Shown: positions 1-10,346, numbered from the stretch's first letter. The stretch: 64,000 nt of DNA from a virus (IMGVR_UViG_3300035670_007376:18905-82904); one strand, 5' to 3'. Notes: generated by a model from the sequence alone, not told the origin. Program-made: numbers and translations.

Positions 1-894
1 CGTTCTGTTGACATTAAAAAACATGAGTTCTTAGAGGAATCGGAATTTTGTAATGAATTCCACCAAGGTGATTTAAGAGACCCTAAATTTGTTCTAAATG
101 TTATGTTTTTAAAAACGGGAGAACCCTTTGATGAAGTATATCAATTAGCGGCAGATATGGGTGGTGCGGGTTATATAAATACCGGCGAAAACGACGCGGA
201 AGTTATGCACAATTCGACACTAATTAATTTGAATGTTCTTGACAGTTGTATTAGAACTGGTGTTAAGAAGGTATTCTATTCTTCTACCGCTTGTGTTTAT
301 CCTGAACATAATCAAATGGATGAAAATGAACCAAATTGTGAGGAATCGACAGTATATCCAGCACATCCTGATTCCAATTATGGGTGGGAAAAATTATATG
401 GTGAAAGATTATACATAGCCTATAATAAAAATTATGGAATCGATGTTAAAATTGCTAGATATCACAATATATTTGGACCGTATGGAACGTATGATGGTGG
501 AAAAGAAAAGGTACCGGCTGCATTATGTAGAAAAGTCTCAGAATGTTTAGATGGTGGTGAAATCGAGGTTTGGGGTGACGGATTACAAAGTAGAAGTTTT
601 TTATATATTGACGAATGTATTGAGGGGACAATAAGATTAATGAATTCAGAATTTAGTGGTCCTGTTAATATCGGTAGTGAAGAAATGGTCTCAATAAATT
701 CATTGGCGAATTATATAATTGATATAAGTGGTAAAATAATACAAATAAAAAATATTAAAGGACCACAAGGTGTTAGAGGTAGAAACAGTCATAATAAATT
801 GATAGAAGAAAAATTGGGATGGAAACCAAATAAACCATTGTATGAGGGATTAATAAAAACATACAATTGGATTAATAGTAAAGTTAAAATATAG
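1..894 (+). CDS. gme: GDP-mannose 3,5-epimerase (extended SDR), 5'-truncated by the window edge
   Basis: Frame 1 is open from nt 1 with no upstream stop. The product aligns over its whole length with plant GME (CNEFHQGDLR, LAADMGGAGYI, YSSTACVYPEHNQ, YGWEKLYGERL, RYHNIFGP, VNIGSEEMVSINSLA, GPQGVRGRNSHN). The N-terminal GxxGxxG Rossmann motif lies off the window. Confidence 0.8.
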   Translation, partial: RSVDIKKHEFLEESEFCNEFHQGDLRDPKFVLNVMFLKTGEPFDEVYQLAADMGGAGYINTGENDAEVMHNSTLINLNVLDSCIRTGVKKVFYSSTACVYPEHNQMDENEPNCEESTVYPAHPDSNYGWEKLYGERLYIAYNKNYGIDVKIARYHNIFGPYGTYDGGKEKVPAALCRKVSECLDGGEIEVWGDGLQSRSFLYIDECIEGTIRLMNSEFSGPVNIGSEEMVSINSLANYIIDISGKIIQIKNIKGPQGVRGRNSHNKLIEEKLGWKPNKPLYEGLIKTYNWINSKVKI

Positions 895-2121
895 ATGAAA
901 TTCTTTAATATACTTTTCGATAGTACTGTTGTTGGCAATAAAGAGTTAATGACGAATACGTTGTCACCATATAATGTTGAAGAATTAAAGATGGTAGACA
1001 TTAACGGATTAAACGTTGAGAATGAACAAAATTATTACTCATTTACAATTACAGGACAATACCTCGAATCATTGGTTGCAACTTTAAATTGTTTACCAAT
1101 ACATCATCAAGTAAAGACATTGATGAGAGAACATGAAAACATATATTGGGTTTTAATGGCTGAACATGAATCGGATGCGGATAACATTGTCATGTTGATT
1201 GAAGAATATTGTAAAAAAGAATTATTGAATCCTAAACAAATCATTTTACTTAATGGTAATCAAAAAATTAAAAAATTGATTAGGGATTTGAATAGTGAAA
1301 TGAGGGGTCACACATCCAACAGGTTACCAAACGTAGCGGTAACTGGGATGAATAATTTTAAATACGAATTTAAAAAAGAAAAAGAATCTTTCTTTATGTG
1401 TTATAATAGAATGAATAAACCACATCGAATTGGTTTATTAGTTTTATTAAAAAGAGCGGGGTTTTTGGATGATATCGATTGGACACTGTTAAGGGCCAAC
1501 GAAATAAAACCAAATTACACAAATTCAGATGGTACAATTTCGATGAACTTATTGGATGTTAGAACAAAAGATACAAAAAAATATAGTGTGTTCACAATTG
1601 ATGATTTTAACGAACATCTAAATGAGATTGAATATTTTTATAACTTAGATTCCAAAAAGAGTAAATTTGAAACCGGATATAAAATTGATGAGCCGCCATT
1701 TTTTATTGACTTTTATAAGACATATGAAATGAATCCATATAGTCATTCATATGTGAACATTGTGACGGAAACAAATTATACCTCCAACGACGTTATCCAC
1801 ATAACAGAAAAATCTTTGATACCGTGTTATTATTCACAGATACCATTAATATTGGGTAACTACGAGCATAATAAATTTTTAAAAGAAAGATACGATTTGG
1901 ATTTGTTTGAAGACATTATCGATTATTCTTACGATAATGTGACAACACCTCGAGATAGGTTATTCATGTTCGTTGAAGAGGTAAAAAGAATCAATACCAT
2001 TAAAAACGATGTTATTGAATTCTACAAGAATAACCAAGAAAGATTTGAACAAAATAAGAGAAAGATAATAAACATATTAGAAGATAAAACTGACTATAAT
2101 TTTTTTAAAACGTTAATATAA
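895..2121 (+). CDS. hypothetical protein (glycan island)
   Basis: 408-aa ORF tightly packed in the operon, with a TAATG junction to the next gene. No motif recognised. Confidence 0.5.
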   Translation: MKFFNILFDSTVVGNKELMTNTLSPYNVEELKMVDINGLNVENEQNYYSFTITGQYLESLVATLNCLPIHHQVKTLMREHENIYWVLMAEHESDADNIVMLIEEYCKKELLNPKQIILLNGNQKIKKLIRDLNSEMRGHTSNRLPNVAVTGMNNFKYEFKKEKESFFMCYNRMNKPHRIGLLVLLKRAGFLDDIDWTLLRANEIKPNYTNSDGTISMNLLDVRTKDTKKYSVFTIDDFNEHLNEIEYFYNLDSKKSKFETGYKIDEPPFFIDFYKTYEMNPYSHSYVNIVTETNYTSNDVIHITEKSLIPCYYSQIPLILGNYEHNKFLKERYDLDLFEDIIDYSYDNVTTPRDRLFMFVEEVKRINTIKNDVIEFYKNNQERFEQNKRKIINILEDKTDYNFFKTLI

Positions 2122-2648
2122 TGACATATAAAGATTCACTAACAAGTGTAATGACTAAATTAGGTGAAAGAGAAGATACAGTATTCATCGGACAACAAAT
2201 TCTATTCCCTGGTAATCCAATGAGCTCTACATTAATTAATGTCCCTAAAGAAAAAATGATAGAGGTTCCGGTTATGGAAGATACTCAAATGGGAATGTCA
2301 TTGGGGATGTCAATGAATGATAAATTTGTGGTTACGTTTTATCCGAGATGGGATTTTTTAATTTGTGCAACTAATCAACTTGTAAATCATGTTGACAAAT
2401 TAAAATTAATGAGTAATAACGAATGGTCATCCAATATGATTATTAGAGTCGGTAAAGGTTCAGATGACCCAATAGACCCAGGACACCAACATAAGGGTAA
2501 TTACTTTGAAGAATTCAAATCTCTTTGTAAGAACATAACGTTTCATGACCTTAAAACTAAAGAGGATGTTGATACCGCATATGAAACTGCAATTAATATG
2601 GGCGGTATACATGTTATTGTAGAATACCCACAAAATTATAATTTATAA
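2121..2648 (+). CDS. stand-alone transketolase-like pyrimidine-binding (Pyr) domain protein (E1-beta-like)
   Basis: Aligns with the N-terminal Pyr domain of pyruvate dehydrogenase E1 beta/transketolase (EDTVFIGQ..., EVPVMEDTQMGMSLGMSMNDKFVVTFYPRWDFLICATNQLVNHVDKL, GHQHKGNYFEEFKS...GGIHVIVE). The C-terminal domain is absent. Confidence 0.55.
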   Translation: MTYKDSLTSVMTKLGEREDTVFIGQQILFPGNPMSSTLINVPKEKMIEVPVMEDTQMGMSLGMSMNDKFVVTFYPRWDFLICATNQLVNHVDKLKLMSNNEWSSNMIIRVGKGSDDPIDPGHQHKGNYFEEFKSLCKNITFHDLKTKEDVDTAYETAINMGGIHVIVEYPQNYNL

Positions 2649-2649
2649 T

Positions 2650-3699
2650 ATGAAAATTATTCACACATACGTTAAAACTAAAAACGGAGGGGGACTAAAC
2701 GAATATACTGCATATTGTATGTTACTGTCAGTATTATTGGCTAAAAAACACTATACAAGAGTTGAGTTGTATTGTGACAAAGAAACTTTTGATGTTGTAA
2801 AAGAATTAGGAATTCCTTATACCGATTTCCACGTCGATGTTTTAGATGGGTTGGATGTTGGGACATTCTCAATACCTAAGTTATTAGTCTATTCCGTGCA
2901 AAATGAACCATTTTTACATATAGATTTAGATACTTTTCTTTATGAAAAACCAAAAGAATTAGATAAGAAAACAATATGGGGATGTTATCCAGAGGGTTCG
3001 GGTGAATACGTTAGTTATACTAAAAATAATACAAATTTTTTCACCACATATCTTCAAAACGCATTTAAAATACAGAACAATGTACCTGAAGACTTTTTAG
3101 AATTTGTTAAGTTTAGGGATATCATGAACATGTGTATTTTTGGTGGTTATAATTTTGAATTGATATCTAAAGCTTCAAAATATTGTTTAAAAATATATGA
3201 AGATAATAAAGAATTCTTTGATTCAGATTATTACAACGCGTGTATCATTGAACAACTTTTTATACCATCGGCTGTTAGATACTTGGTTAATAACAAAGTA
3301 TACCCAAGAAAAACCGATAAAGAACTATTTTCGTTCTTTTTTGAAAAAAACCCAACACTATTACACTACGAAAGTCAAAAACTAACATATCCATTTATAA
3401 TTGAAAGTAACGGGAAGGAATTGTTAATTAAAAATAGGGTGGATATATTCAAAAATATATCATATAATTTTAATGGTTTTCTCCATCTAAATGGATACAA
3501 AACAAACGAAGAGATTATATTTTTTATAAAACAAAGACTAATACAGGAATTTGGTGTGACCAATGAAATTATTAAAATTGATGAGAAATATTCGGAATTT
3601 GGTAATTGTAAGGAGATGACGAAAACATATAAAAAATATCTGTCAGACCAATTAGAACTATTGGATAATATTGATGGTAAGGTTTTTAAAATTGTATAA
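2650..3699 (+). CDS. hypothetical protein, possibly a glycosyltransferase-like sugar-binding domain (HIDLD)
   Basis: 349-aa ORF with a DxD-like HIDLDTF segment. Assignment is weak. Confidence 0.4.
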   Translation: MKIIHTYVKTKNGGGLNEYTAYCMLLSVLLAKKHYTRVELYCDKETFDVVKELGIPYTDFHVDVLDGLDVGTFSIPKLLVYSVQNEPFLHIDLDTFLYEKPKELDKKTIWGCYPEGSGEYVSYTKNNTNFFTTYLQNAFKIQNNVPEDFLEFVKFRDIMNMCIFGGYNFELISKASKYCLKIYEDNKEFFDSDYYNACIIEQLFIPSAVRYLVNNKVYPRKTDKELFSFFFEKNPTLLHYESQKLTYPFIIESNGKELLIKNRVDIFKNISYNFNGFLHLNGYKTNEEIIFFIKQRLIQEFGVTNEIIKIDEKYSEFGNCKEMTKTYKKYLSDQLELLDNIDGKVFKIV

Positions 3700-3707
3700 T
3701 TATTAGT

Positions 3708-5336
3708 ATGTACGTAATTGGAATATCATCATATTATCACGATTCTTCTGCTTGTTTATTTGAAAACGGTAAACTGGTATTTGCTTGTGAAGAAGAGAAA
3801 TTTACAGGAATAAAACATGACAGTTCATTTCCAATTGAAACTTTAAAATACATTTTTGAACACTATAAAATAACAAAATCAGATATTGAATGTGTTTGTT
3901 ATTATGAGGACCCGAAACTAAGATTTAACAGAGCTAAATCGTTTCTTACGTCATTGTTGAATAACGTTAAGGTATGGTATAATCTAAGAAAAATTAGTAA
4001 AAAAATATACTACACCCCACATCACATCTCACATATGATGTATTCATATGCATCGTCGAATTTTAAGGAATCGTTAGTGGTATCGGTTGATGGGGTTGGT
4101 GAAACATCAACTGTTTCAATTGGAAAGGGTATTGACGGTCAATTAACACAAATTAAAACAATTGAATACCCACATTCATTGGGATTATTTTATTCCGCGA
4201 TGACTTCATTTTTAGGGTTCAAACCAAACGAAGGTGAATATAAAGTAATGGGTTTGGCATCATATGGTGACCCATCTGTTTTTAGGGAGGAGGTTTCAGA
4301 ACTAATTAAATTTGAAAATGGTGAAGTTATATGTAACATGGATTATTTTTCTTGGGACAGTTCTAATATGACAATGTTTAACCATAAATTAGAAGAACAT
4401 TTAAATGTTGAACCTCGATTCACTAAGAGCGGATTAGAACCTTTTCATAAAAATTTAGCGGCATCTGTACAAGAAAGATACGAAGAAGTTTTATTTGATT
4501 TATTGAACTATTCAAAAACACTATATAATTCAGAAAATCTTTGTTTAGGTGGTGGATGTGCTTACAACGGAAGGGCGAATGGTAAAATTGTCGATAATAA
4601 GATGTTTAAGAAATTGTGGGTACCACCTGCACCTTCGGATGCGGGAAACGCAATCGGAAGTTGTCTATATTATCTATGGAAAGAAAAGGGTGTTAGAAAA
4701 AGATTACACACTAACCCATTTTTAGGTCCACACTTTAGTTCAAAGGAAATTGAATCGTCATTAGAAAAATACAAAATACTAATACATTACGAACATTCAA
4801 CTAGAGAAAATGTATTAAAGAAAACTGCAAAACATATTAAAAACGGTTTAGTGATTGGTTGGTTCCAAGACAGAATTGAATTTGGTGCGAGAGCTTTAGG
4901 TAATAGGTCAATTTTAGCCGACCCAACTGTTCCTGATATGAAAGATAGAATTAATCGAGTAATAAAGAAAAGAGAAGGTTTTAGACCCTTTGCACCAATG
5001 GTTGCATATGAAAGTCAACATGTGTATTTTAAATCGAAAGAATATGTTCCATATATGAACCAGGTGGTGGAAGTTGTGGAAGAATACAGAGATAAATTAG
5101 TTGCCGTAACTCATGTGGATAACACCGCAAGAATACAATCAGTAACACCGTTTAACCCAATCTATTCTTTGATTAAAAAATTTGAAGAAATTTCGGGTTA
5201 CCCAATACTTTTAAACACATCCTTTAATGTAAAAGATAAAACGATGGTACTAACCCCTGAAGACGCAATAATAACATTTTTAGATACTGAAATGGATGTT
5301 TTAGTATTGGGAAATTATATGGTTTATAAAAAATAA
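3708..5336 (+). CDS. NodU/CmcH-family O-carbamoyltransferase
   Basis: N-terminus MYVIGISSYYHDSSACLFENGKLVFACEEEKFTGIKHDSSFP is the carbamoyltransferase signature. Length 542 aa is typical of the family. Confidence 0.8.
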   Translation: MYVIGISSYYHDSSACLFENGKLVFACEEEKFTGIKHDSSFPIETLKYIFEHYKITKSDIECVCYYEDPKLRFNRAKSFLTSLLNNVKVWYNLRKISKKIYYTPHHISHMMYSYASSNFKESLVVSVDGVGETSTVSIGKGIDGQLTQIKTIEYPHSLGLFYSAMTSFLGFKPNEGEYKVMGLASYGDPSVFREEVSELIKFENGEVICNMDYFSWDSSNMTMFNHKLEEHLNVEPRFTKSGLEPFHKNLAASVQERYEEVLFDLLNYSKTLYNSENLCLGGGCAYNGRANGKIVDNKMFKKLWVPPAPSDAGNAIGSCLYYLWKEKGVRKRLHTNPFLGPHFSSKEIESSLEKYKILIHYEHSTRENVLKKTAKHIKNGLVIGWFQDRIEFGARALGNRSILADPTVPDMKDRINRVIKKREGFRPFAPMVAYESQHVYFKSKEYVPYMNQVVEVVEEYRDKLVAVTHVDNTARIQSVTPFNPIYSLIKKFEEISGYPILLNTSFNVKDKTMVLTPEDAIITFLDTEMDVLVLGNYMVYKK

Positions 5337-5463
5337 AATTATGTTTAAGAAAATTATTAATTGGGTTAAAAATAAAATATCCCAAAGAAAGAAAAAAAAG
5401 GAATTCCAAAAGAAATTAGAAGAATTAAGAAAAAGAGACCCATTTATTTACAAACATTAATAT

Positions 5464-6831
5464 ATGGTTTTTTTAACGTTTTCAATTGGTGATGATTCTT
5501 ACCATGATTTTGCAACCCAAACAGTTAACTCTGCAATAAATCAAGGGTATGATACATTTGTATTAACAGACAAACCTGATTTATACCCGAATTCAAAAAC
5601 ACTACTTTATGAAAAAGAAAAATTTTCATATCACGATAAATTGGATGCTGTTGAGTGGGTTTATAGTATGGGTTACAAACAAATACTTTATTTGGATGCC
5701 GACATTATAGTCAATGATATTGTATTTTTTAATGACGTTAAAAAAATTGAGTTTAATGATGGAATCAATTATACGAGAAGTGGTATACCTAAAGATTTAG
5801 AATCACACCTAAACGAAAAACACTTAAGTAATTACCGTACAAAATTAGACGAAAACTTTAAGTTAAATTATTCCGAAATCCCATCAATATTCGAAGATAT
5901 TTTCGTTTTCAATTTTGAAAATGTGGACCCGTCACAATTCTTTAAGTATTTTAAAAAATTAAGGGATTTAAAACACGAATCAGACATCCAAACTGATAAC
6001 CAAAGATATGGAGACCAAGAAGGTTATTCAATATCAATAGCGTCTAAATTATCTTTGATGCCTTGTCAAATTTCTGACAGTTTAAGAACTTTATCATCCA
6101 CTCATTTATTAGCGAGTAACTACACATATGATGGAATCATTAAATCGATTATGTCTGAAGTTAGTTTTATATTTCCATATAGAAAAGATAGTATTGAAAG
6201 AGAACAAAATTTCTCAACATGTCTAAATTACTATAAAAGATATTTTAATGATTCCGAATTTATAATATCGGAACAAGGTGAAAAAAGGACTATCTTTCAC
6301 CATTCAGGATACAATTATACATTCGAAGAATTACCGTTACCACATAACCAATCGAGAACAATCAATCAAGGAATTAGATTAAGTGATAAAAAAATTGTTT
6401 GTGTGATTGATTCGGACATAATTTTAATAAATCACTACAACATCTATTTGGCGGTAAAAGAAATTTTCCAAAATAAGATTGATTATTGTTTACCATATCT
6501 TGAATGTGTTGACTTACCCGGATTTATGTTTAGAGGTCCATGGGGTGGTTATTGTATTGGTGGAATTTATGTTGTAGATAGAAATAAATTTATTGAGATT
6601 GGATTAAATGACGAAGAATATCGTGGTTGGGGAAGGGAGGATGATGATAGACACCAAAGAATGTTAGACAACGGTTTTAGATTTAAAAGACATCACGGTA
6701 ACATTGTTCATATGTACCATCCACCACAAGAAAACATAAAGGAAAGTGCGGAAAAGAACCTAATTAGATTAAGAAATTATACAGATGGTAACGGTAATAC
6801 TAACGAAGTACAAAAGGACAAACTTATTTGA
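5464..6831 (+). CDS. two-domain glycosyltransferase: N-terminal GT-A-like domain (YLDADIIV) plus C-terminal beta-1,4-galactosyltransferase-like domain
   Basis: C-terminal FRGPWGGYCIGGIYVVDRNKFIEIGLNDEEYRGWGREDDDRHQRM matches the beta4GalT motif (WGWGGEDDD). The N-terminal domain is paralogous to ORF 9723..10346. Confidence 0.6.
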   Translation: MVFLTFSIGDDSYHDFATQTVNSAINQGYDTFVLTDKPDLYPNSKTLLYEKEKFSYHDKLDAVEWVYSMGYKQILYLDADIIVNDIVFFNDVKKIEFNDGINYTRSGIPKDLESHLNEKHLSNYRTKLDENFKLNYSEIPSIFEDIFVFNFENVDPSQFFKYFKKLRDLKHESDIQTDNQRYGDQEGYSISIASKLSLMPCQISDSLRTLSSTHLLASNYTYDGIIKSIMSEVSFIFPYRKDSIEREQNFSTCLNYYKRYFNDSEFIISEQGEKRTIFHHSGYNYTFEELPLPHNQSRTINQGIRLSDKKIVCVIDSDIILINHYNIYLAVKEIFQNKIDYCLPYLECVDLPGFMFRGPWGGYCIGGIYVVDRNKFIEIGLNDEEYRGWGREDDDRHQRMLDNGFRFKRHHGNIVHMYHPPQENIKESAEKNLIRLRNYTDGNGNTNEVQKDKLI

Positions 6832-7456
6832 TGAACAATATCAATCTGTTTTAAATCAAACACTTAAACCCACCGAAATTTTAGTGTGTGATAATACAAC
6901 CCAAAACACAGGTGTTTGGGGAAGATTTTCATTGGCACTATTGGCAAAAAATGATTTTGTATGTGTTATCGATGATGACACCATACCTGGTAATTCATGG
7001 TTACAAAACTGTGTCAATTGTTTCCAAGAAAAAGAAGGACTATATGGTACCTGTGGTTATCTTTTTAATTCGAACACACATTACCAAGATAACTACACCA
7101 GACACGGATGGTGTAACCCAAATGAAGAAATAAAAGAAGTCGACTACGTCGTACACAATTGGTTCTTTAAAAAGGAATGGTTAAAATATTATTGGTCGGA
7201 AATAAGAGATGAAAAATATTGGTTGTGTGGTGAAGACATGAACTTTTCATATCAACTACAAAAACAAGGAATTAAAACATTTGTTCCCCCACATCCAAAA
7301 GATAATGGTAACCGATGGGGTAGTATAAAAGGTTGGCAATATGGAATAGACTCCGTTTCTCTATATGAAACAAACCCCGAAAATTTTAGACAGAATATGT
7401 TTGATTTTTTCGATGAACAAATAAAAAAAGGATGGAAATTATTATATGAATCATAA
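6785..7456 (+). CDS. GT2-family glycosyltransferase
   Basis: VTVILTKYKRTNLFDEQYQSVLNQTLKPTEILVCDNTT matches the GT2 N-terminal motif and DDD follows. The ATG start overlaps the upstream gene by 47 nt in another frame. Confidence 0.55.
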   Translation: MVTVILTKYKRTNLFDEQYQSVLNQTLKPTEILVCDNTTQNTGVWGRFSLALLAKNDFVCVIDDDTIPGNSWLQNCVNCFQEKEGLYGTCGYLFNSNTHYQDNYTRHGWCNPNEEIKEVDYVVHNWFFKKEWLKYYWSEIRDEKYWLCGEDMNFSYQLQKQGIKTFVPPHPKDNGNRWGSIKGWQYGIDSVSLYETNPENFRQNMFDFFDEQIKKGWKLLYES

Positions 7457-8135
7457 AGTTGTTACATTTTACGCAATCGAATTACCCAATGTTGAGTCGG
7501 TAATCGGATATCAAAAAAAAGTATTTAATCATTTCGGTTTGGACATTGAACAAATACCGTTTACAGATAAATTACCACACCCACATAGTGAAGCGATGAC
7601 AAATTATTTGTCAAATAACCAATGGGATAGTGTATCGATATTCGATGTCGATTCAGTTGTAACCTCAAGTGAAACTATTGAAAGAGCAATTGATTTAATT
7701 AGTGATAAAAATACGATTTACGGTAACGCACAGGCAACACATAACGAACTTCCATTTGCTGCACCAAACTTTTTGAATTTAACAAGAGAAGTTTGGGATA
7801 GGACTTTAGAGATTTGGAATAAGGACCAAGATTTACATAGGGACATTTTCAGATATCAAACTTACCATAAAGATGGGAAAGAAATTATTTGTGATGTGGC
7901 AGAGAGATTCAATATTGAACATAGGAAAATAGGTACTAAAATATTGGTATCTTATCCAGTAAAGAATGAGGGAATACCTGAATGGAAATATACTGGAGGA
8001 AATGGATATAAGGATTTTGAATGGGGAAATGGAACATGGTTTGACAGTAAAACTTTTCACGGTAGTGAAATAAGATATCCACATAAACAACAAGTGTTTT
8101 TTGATATTTGTGAAAAAATTTTAAATAATGGGTAA
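7446..8135 (+). CDS. hypothetical protein
   Basis: 229-aa ORF packed in the operon. Confidence 0.45.
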   Translation: MNHKVVTFYAIELPNVESVIGYQKKVFNHFGLDIEQIPFTDKLPHPHSEAMTNYLSNNQWDSVSIFDVDSVVTSSETIERAIDLISDKNTIYGNAQATHNELPFAAPNFLNLTREVWDRTLEIWNKDQDLHRDIFRYQTYHKDGKEIICDVAERFNIEHRKIGTKILVSYPVKNEGIPEWKYTGGNGYKDFEWGNGTWFDSKTFHGSEIRYPHKQQVFFDICEKILNNG

Positions 8136-9003
8136 GGAAATATATTTTCTTAGTTTTTACACCACAGGTGACGGTGCACCGGACTTAACCCATGTTGCAA
8201 ATGAAGTTAAAGAGAAACTATCAACGTACTTCACCGAAATGTTCATTTATAACAAAGAAACTTTAAAACAATTACCAAACAGCGAAGATATTTGTAATGT
8301 TTTCGAAGAACCTACAGATATGACATATTTTCCATATGCACATAAAATGGGTTACTATGATTGGAAAGCATTTTTGATTGATTACACACTAAAGAATATA
8401 CCCGAAAATTCAATCTTGTTATATCACGATATTAATTTTGAAAAGTACCCAAATTATTGGCAAAGTGATTGGGAAAACATATATGATGTTTGTGATGGGT
8501 TTTTAAAAGAAAATGAAAGTGATATATGGGCGAAGTTTGAGTTACATGATTTTTATCTTAAAAAATCAATGAAAACGTACGCAATCGATAAAGTTTTTAC
8601 AGACCCAATACAAAATGATGTGGTTAAAAATTCACTACAAATAAATTCTAGTCAAGTTGTATTAAAAAATACAAGTTTCTCTAAAGAATTTGCAAAAGAT
8701 TGGTTATATTTTACTAGAGATTGGGATATTACACATCCATCACCAAATCCAAATCGTCACCCCGAATCGGAAATAATCGGGTGTCCTGACCAAGATTCGA
8801 TGCAATGTGCACTATACCAAAGAATATTTGACGGTAGGTTGAAACCCACATTCCCAACATATGGATTACATTGGAGGGTGATGAGAACTGATACTATTGT
8901 GTTTAATATGAAGGGTATGGAATGTAAAACCGGTCCATATCGTTTAGAAAATAAAGCGGTTATAAATTATTTTAAAAATAAAACAAATGAGGAAGTTTTC
9001 TGA
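8128..9003 (+). CDS. hypothetical protein
   Basis: 291-aa ORF packed in the operon. Confidence 0.45.
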   Translation: MGKEIYFLSFYTTGDGAPDLTHVANEVKEKLSTYFTEMFIYNKETLKQLPNSEDICNVFEEPTDMTYFPYAHKMGYYDWKAFLIDYTLKNIPENSILLYHDINFEKYPNYWQSDWENIYDVCDGFLKENESDIWAKFELHDFYLKKSMKTYAIDKVFTDPIQNDVVKNSLQINSSQVVLKNTSFSKEFAKDWLYFTRDWDITHPSPNPNRHPESEIIGCPDQDSMQCALYQRIFDGRLKPTFPTYGLHWRVMRTDTIVFNMKGMECKTGPYRLENKAVINYFKNKTNEEVF

Positions 9004-9730
9004 AAACAGTAATCTATACCTATTGGACCCCATTCCAGTATGGAAACGAAAATTAACCGATGATGAGGTTGGTTGTTCGTTAGAAGAATTTAATGAAAAA
9101 TTATTAAAAATTGCTAGACAATATTACGATGAGTGGCAATTAGAGGTTCCTGATGAAAGACATTATTTAGACAAATCAATAATGGCTGAGGAGGAATACG
9201 ATAGGATGAATAAAAGAGAAATATTCACACAAGCAAATTATCCTGCAGTTGGTAAGTGGCATTTAGTCCCGACCAATAATTTCTTTAAAGTCAATGAACC
9301 AGAAGTAAACTTACTTAAAGAGATTATATTAAATGATTATAAAACGGCATTAACTGAGTATTTTGAATTCGAATTCGAGGGAAAACAAAAAAACAATTCT
9401 AATCACGTAATAGATGAGAGTTGGTTACAATTTTATAAAAATTCAGACTATAAAGTTTTACACAATCATTTACGTTATGATTTAGACCCAACTGAACACA
9501 GGAATATTTGGGCTGGTGGTTATTATATTAGTGACGGTGAACCAGACAAATATCAACCATATAGTGGTAGATTTTCATTTAACACTAGAAATAAATCATA
9601 TTTGATTAAACCTGAAACAGGAATGATTATGTTATGGCCAGGTGAAATTTTACATGAGGTACATCCGTTTTATGGGGCGAAAGAAAGGATTTGTATAAAT
9701 TTTAATTTAAGTACGAGAGAAGATGAATAA
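8987..9730 (+). CDS. 2OG-Fe(II) oxygenase-like cupin (TIGR02466-type)
   Basis: C-terminal GMIMLWPGEILHEVHPFYGAKERICINFNL matches the LWPSWLxHxV...RISISFN pattern. Confidence 0.5.
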   Translation: MRKFSENSNLYLLDPIPVWKRKLTDDEVGCSLEEFNEKLLKIARQYYDEWQLEVPDERHYLDKSIMAEEEYDRMNKREIFTQANYPAVGKWHLVPTNNFFKVNEPEVNLLKEIILNDYKTALTEYFEFEFEGKQKNNSNHVIDESWLQFYKNSDYKVLHNHLRYDLDPTEHRNIWAGGYYISDGEPDKYQPYSGRFSFNTRNKSYLIKPETGMIMLWPGEILHEVHPFYGAKERICINFNLSTREDE

Positions 9731-10346
9731 ATTGGCGTTAGTGGCGGTCGGTGAAAAATATATTGAACCGGCAAGTAAAGTTATTAATGATTTTTTTGAT
9801 AAATGGGACATACATGTCTTAACTGATAACCCAACAAAACTACCATTTAAATGTCACACTAAATTACAAGAAAACAAAATATTCTCATATTTTGAAAAAA
9901 TGTTATTTGTGTTGAGACTGGTTGAGAAACATAAAAGTGGGGTCCTTTATGTTGATGTTGATAGGGTAGACGAATTTGGTGAAGAGTTAATGAATGAAAT
10001 TGTTTTAAACGAAAGTGTAACAATAAAAAATTATTGGCACGGAAACAATAAGAACTTCAAAGGATTCTACGACTCAAGTATCCATTTTAAACCATTAATT
10101 GAATACTGTAAAAGTAATGATATCGATTATGACGTCGATACGTTTTCTGAAGAAATATTTTATGTACCTTATTTGAAAAATATTAGTGAAATTATATATG
10201 ATGTTGAAAAACTTAGACCGATTTTTGAATACCAAAGTTTGATAAGTTTAGAAACAAATCAATATTACCCAAATATCGGAAACGCGGAAGGACTCGCCCT
10301 ATCTATGTCCTTAAAAAAGAACGGAGAAAAATTGAAAAAAATATAA
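9723..10346 (+). CDS. GT-A-like nucleotide-sugar transferase domain protein (paralog of the 5464 N-domain)
   Basis: HVLTDNPTKLP...IFSYFEKM...LYVDVDRV parallels FVLTDKPDLYP...KFSYHDKL...LYLDADIIV in ORF 5464. Confidence 0.45.
   Translation: MNKLALVAVGEKYIEPASKVINDFFDKWDIHVLTDNPTKLPFKCHTKLQENKIFSYFEKMLFVLRLVEKHKSGVLYVDVDRVDEFGEELMNEIVLNESVTIKNYWHGNNKNFKGFYDSSIHFKPLIEYCKSNDIDYDVDTFSEEIFYVPYLKNISEIIYDVEKLRPIFEYQSLISLETNQYYPNIGNAEGLALSMSLKKNGEKLKKI

Noticed and set aside
2121-2648. Complete transketolase or pyruvate dehydrogenase E1 beta
   Set aside because: Only the ~170-aa Pyr domain is present. The C-terminal domain and the PP-domain partner are missing.
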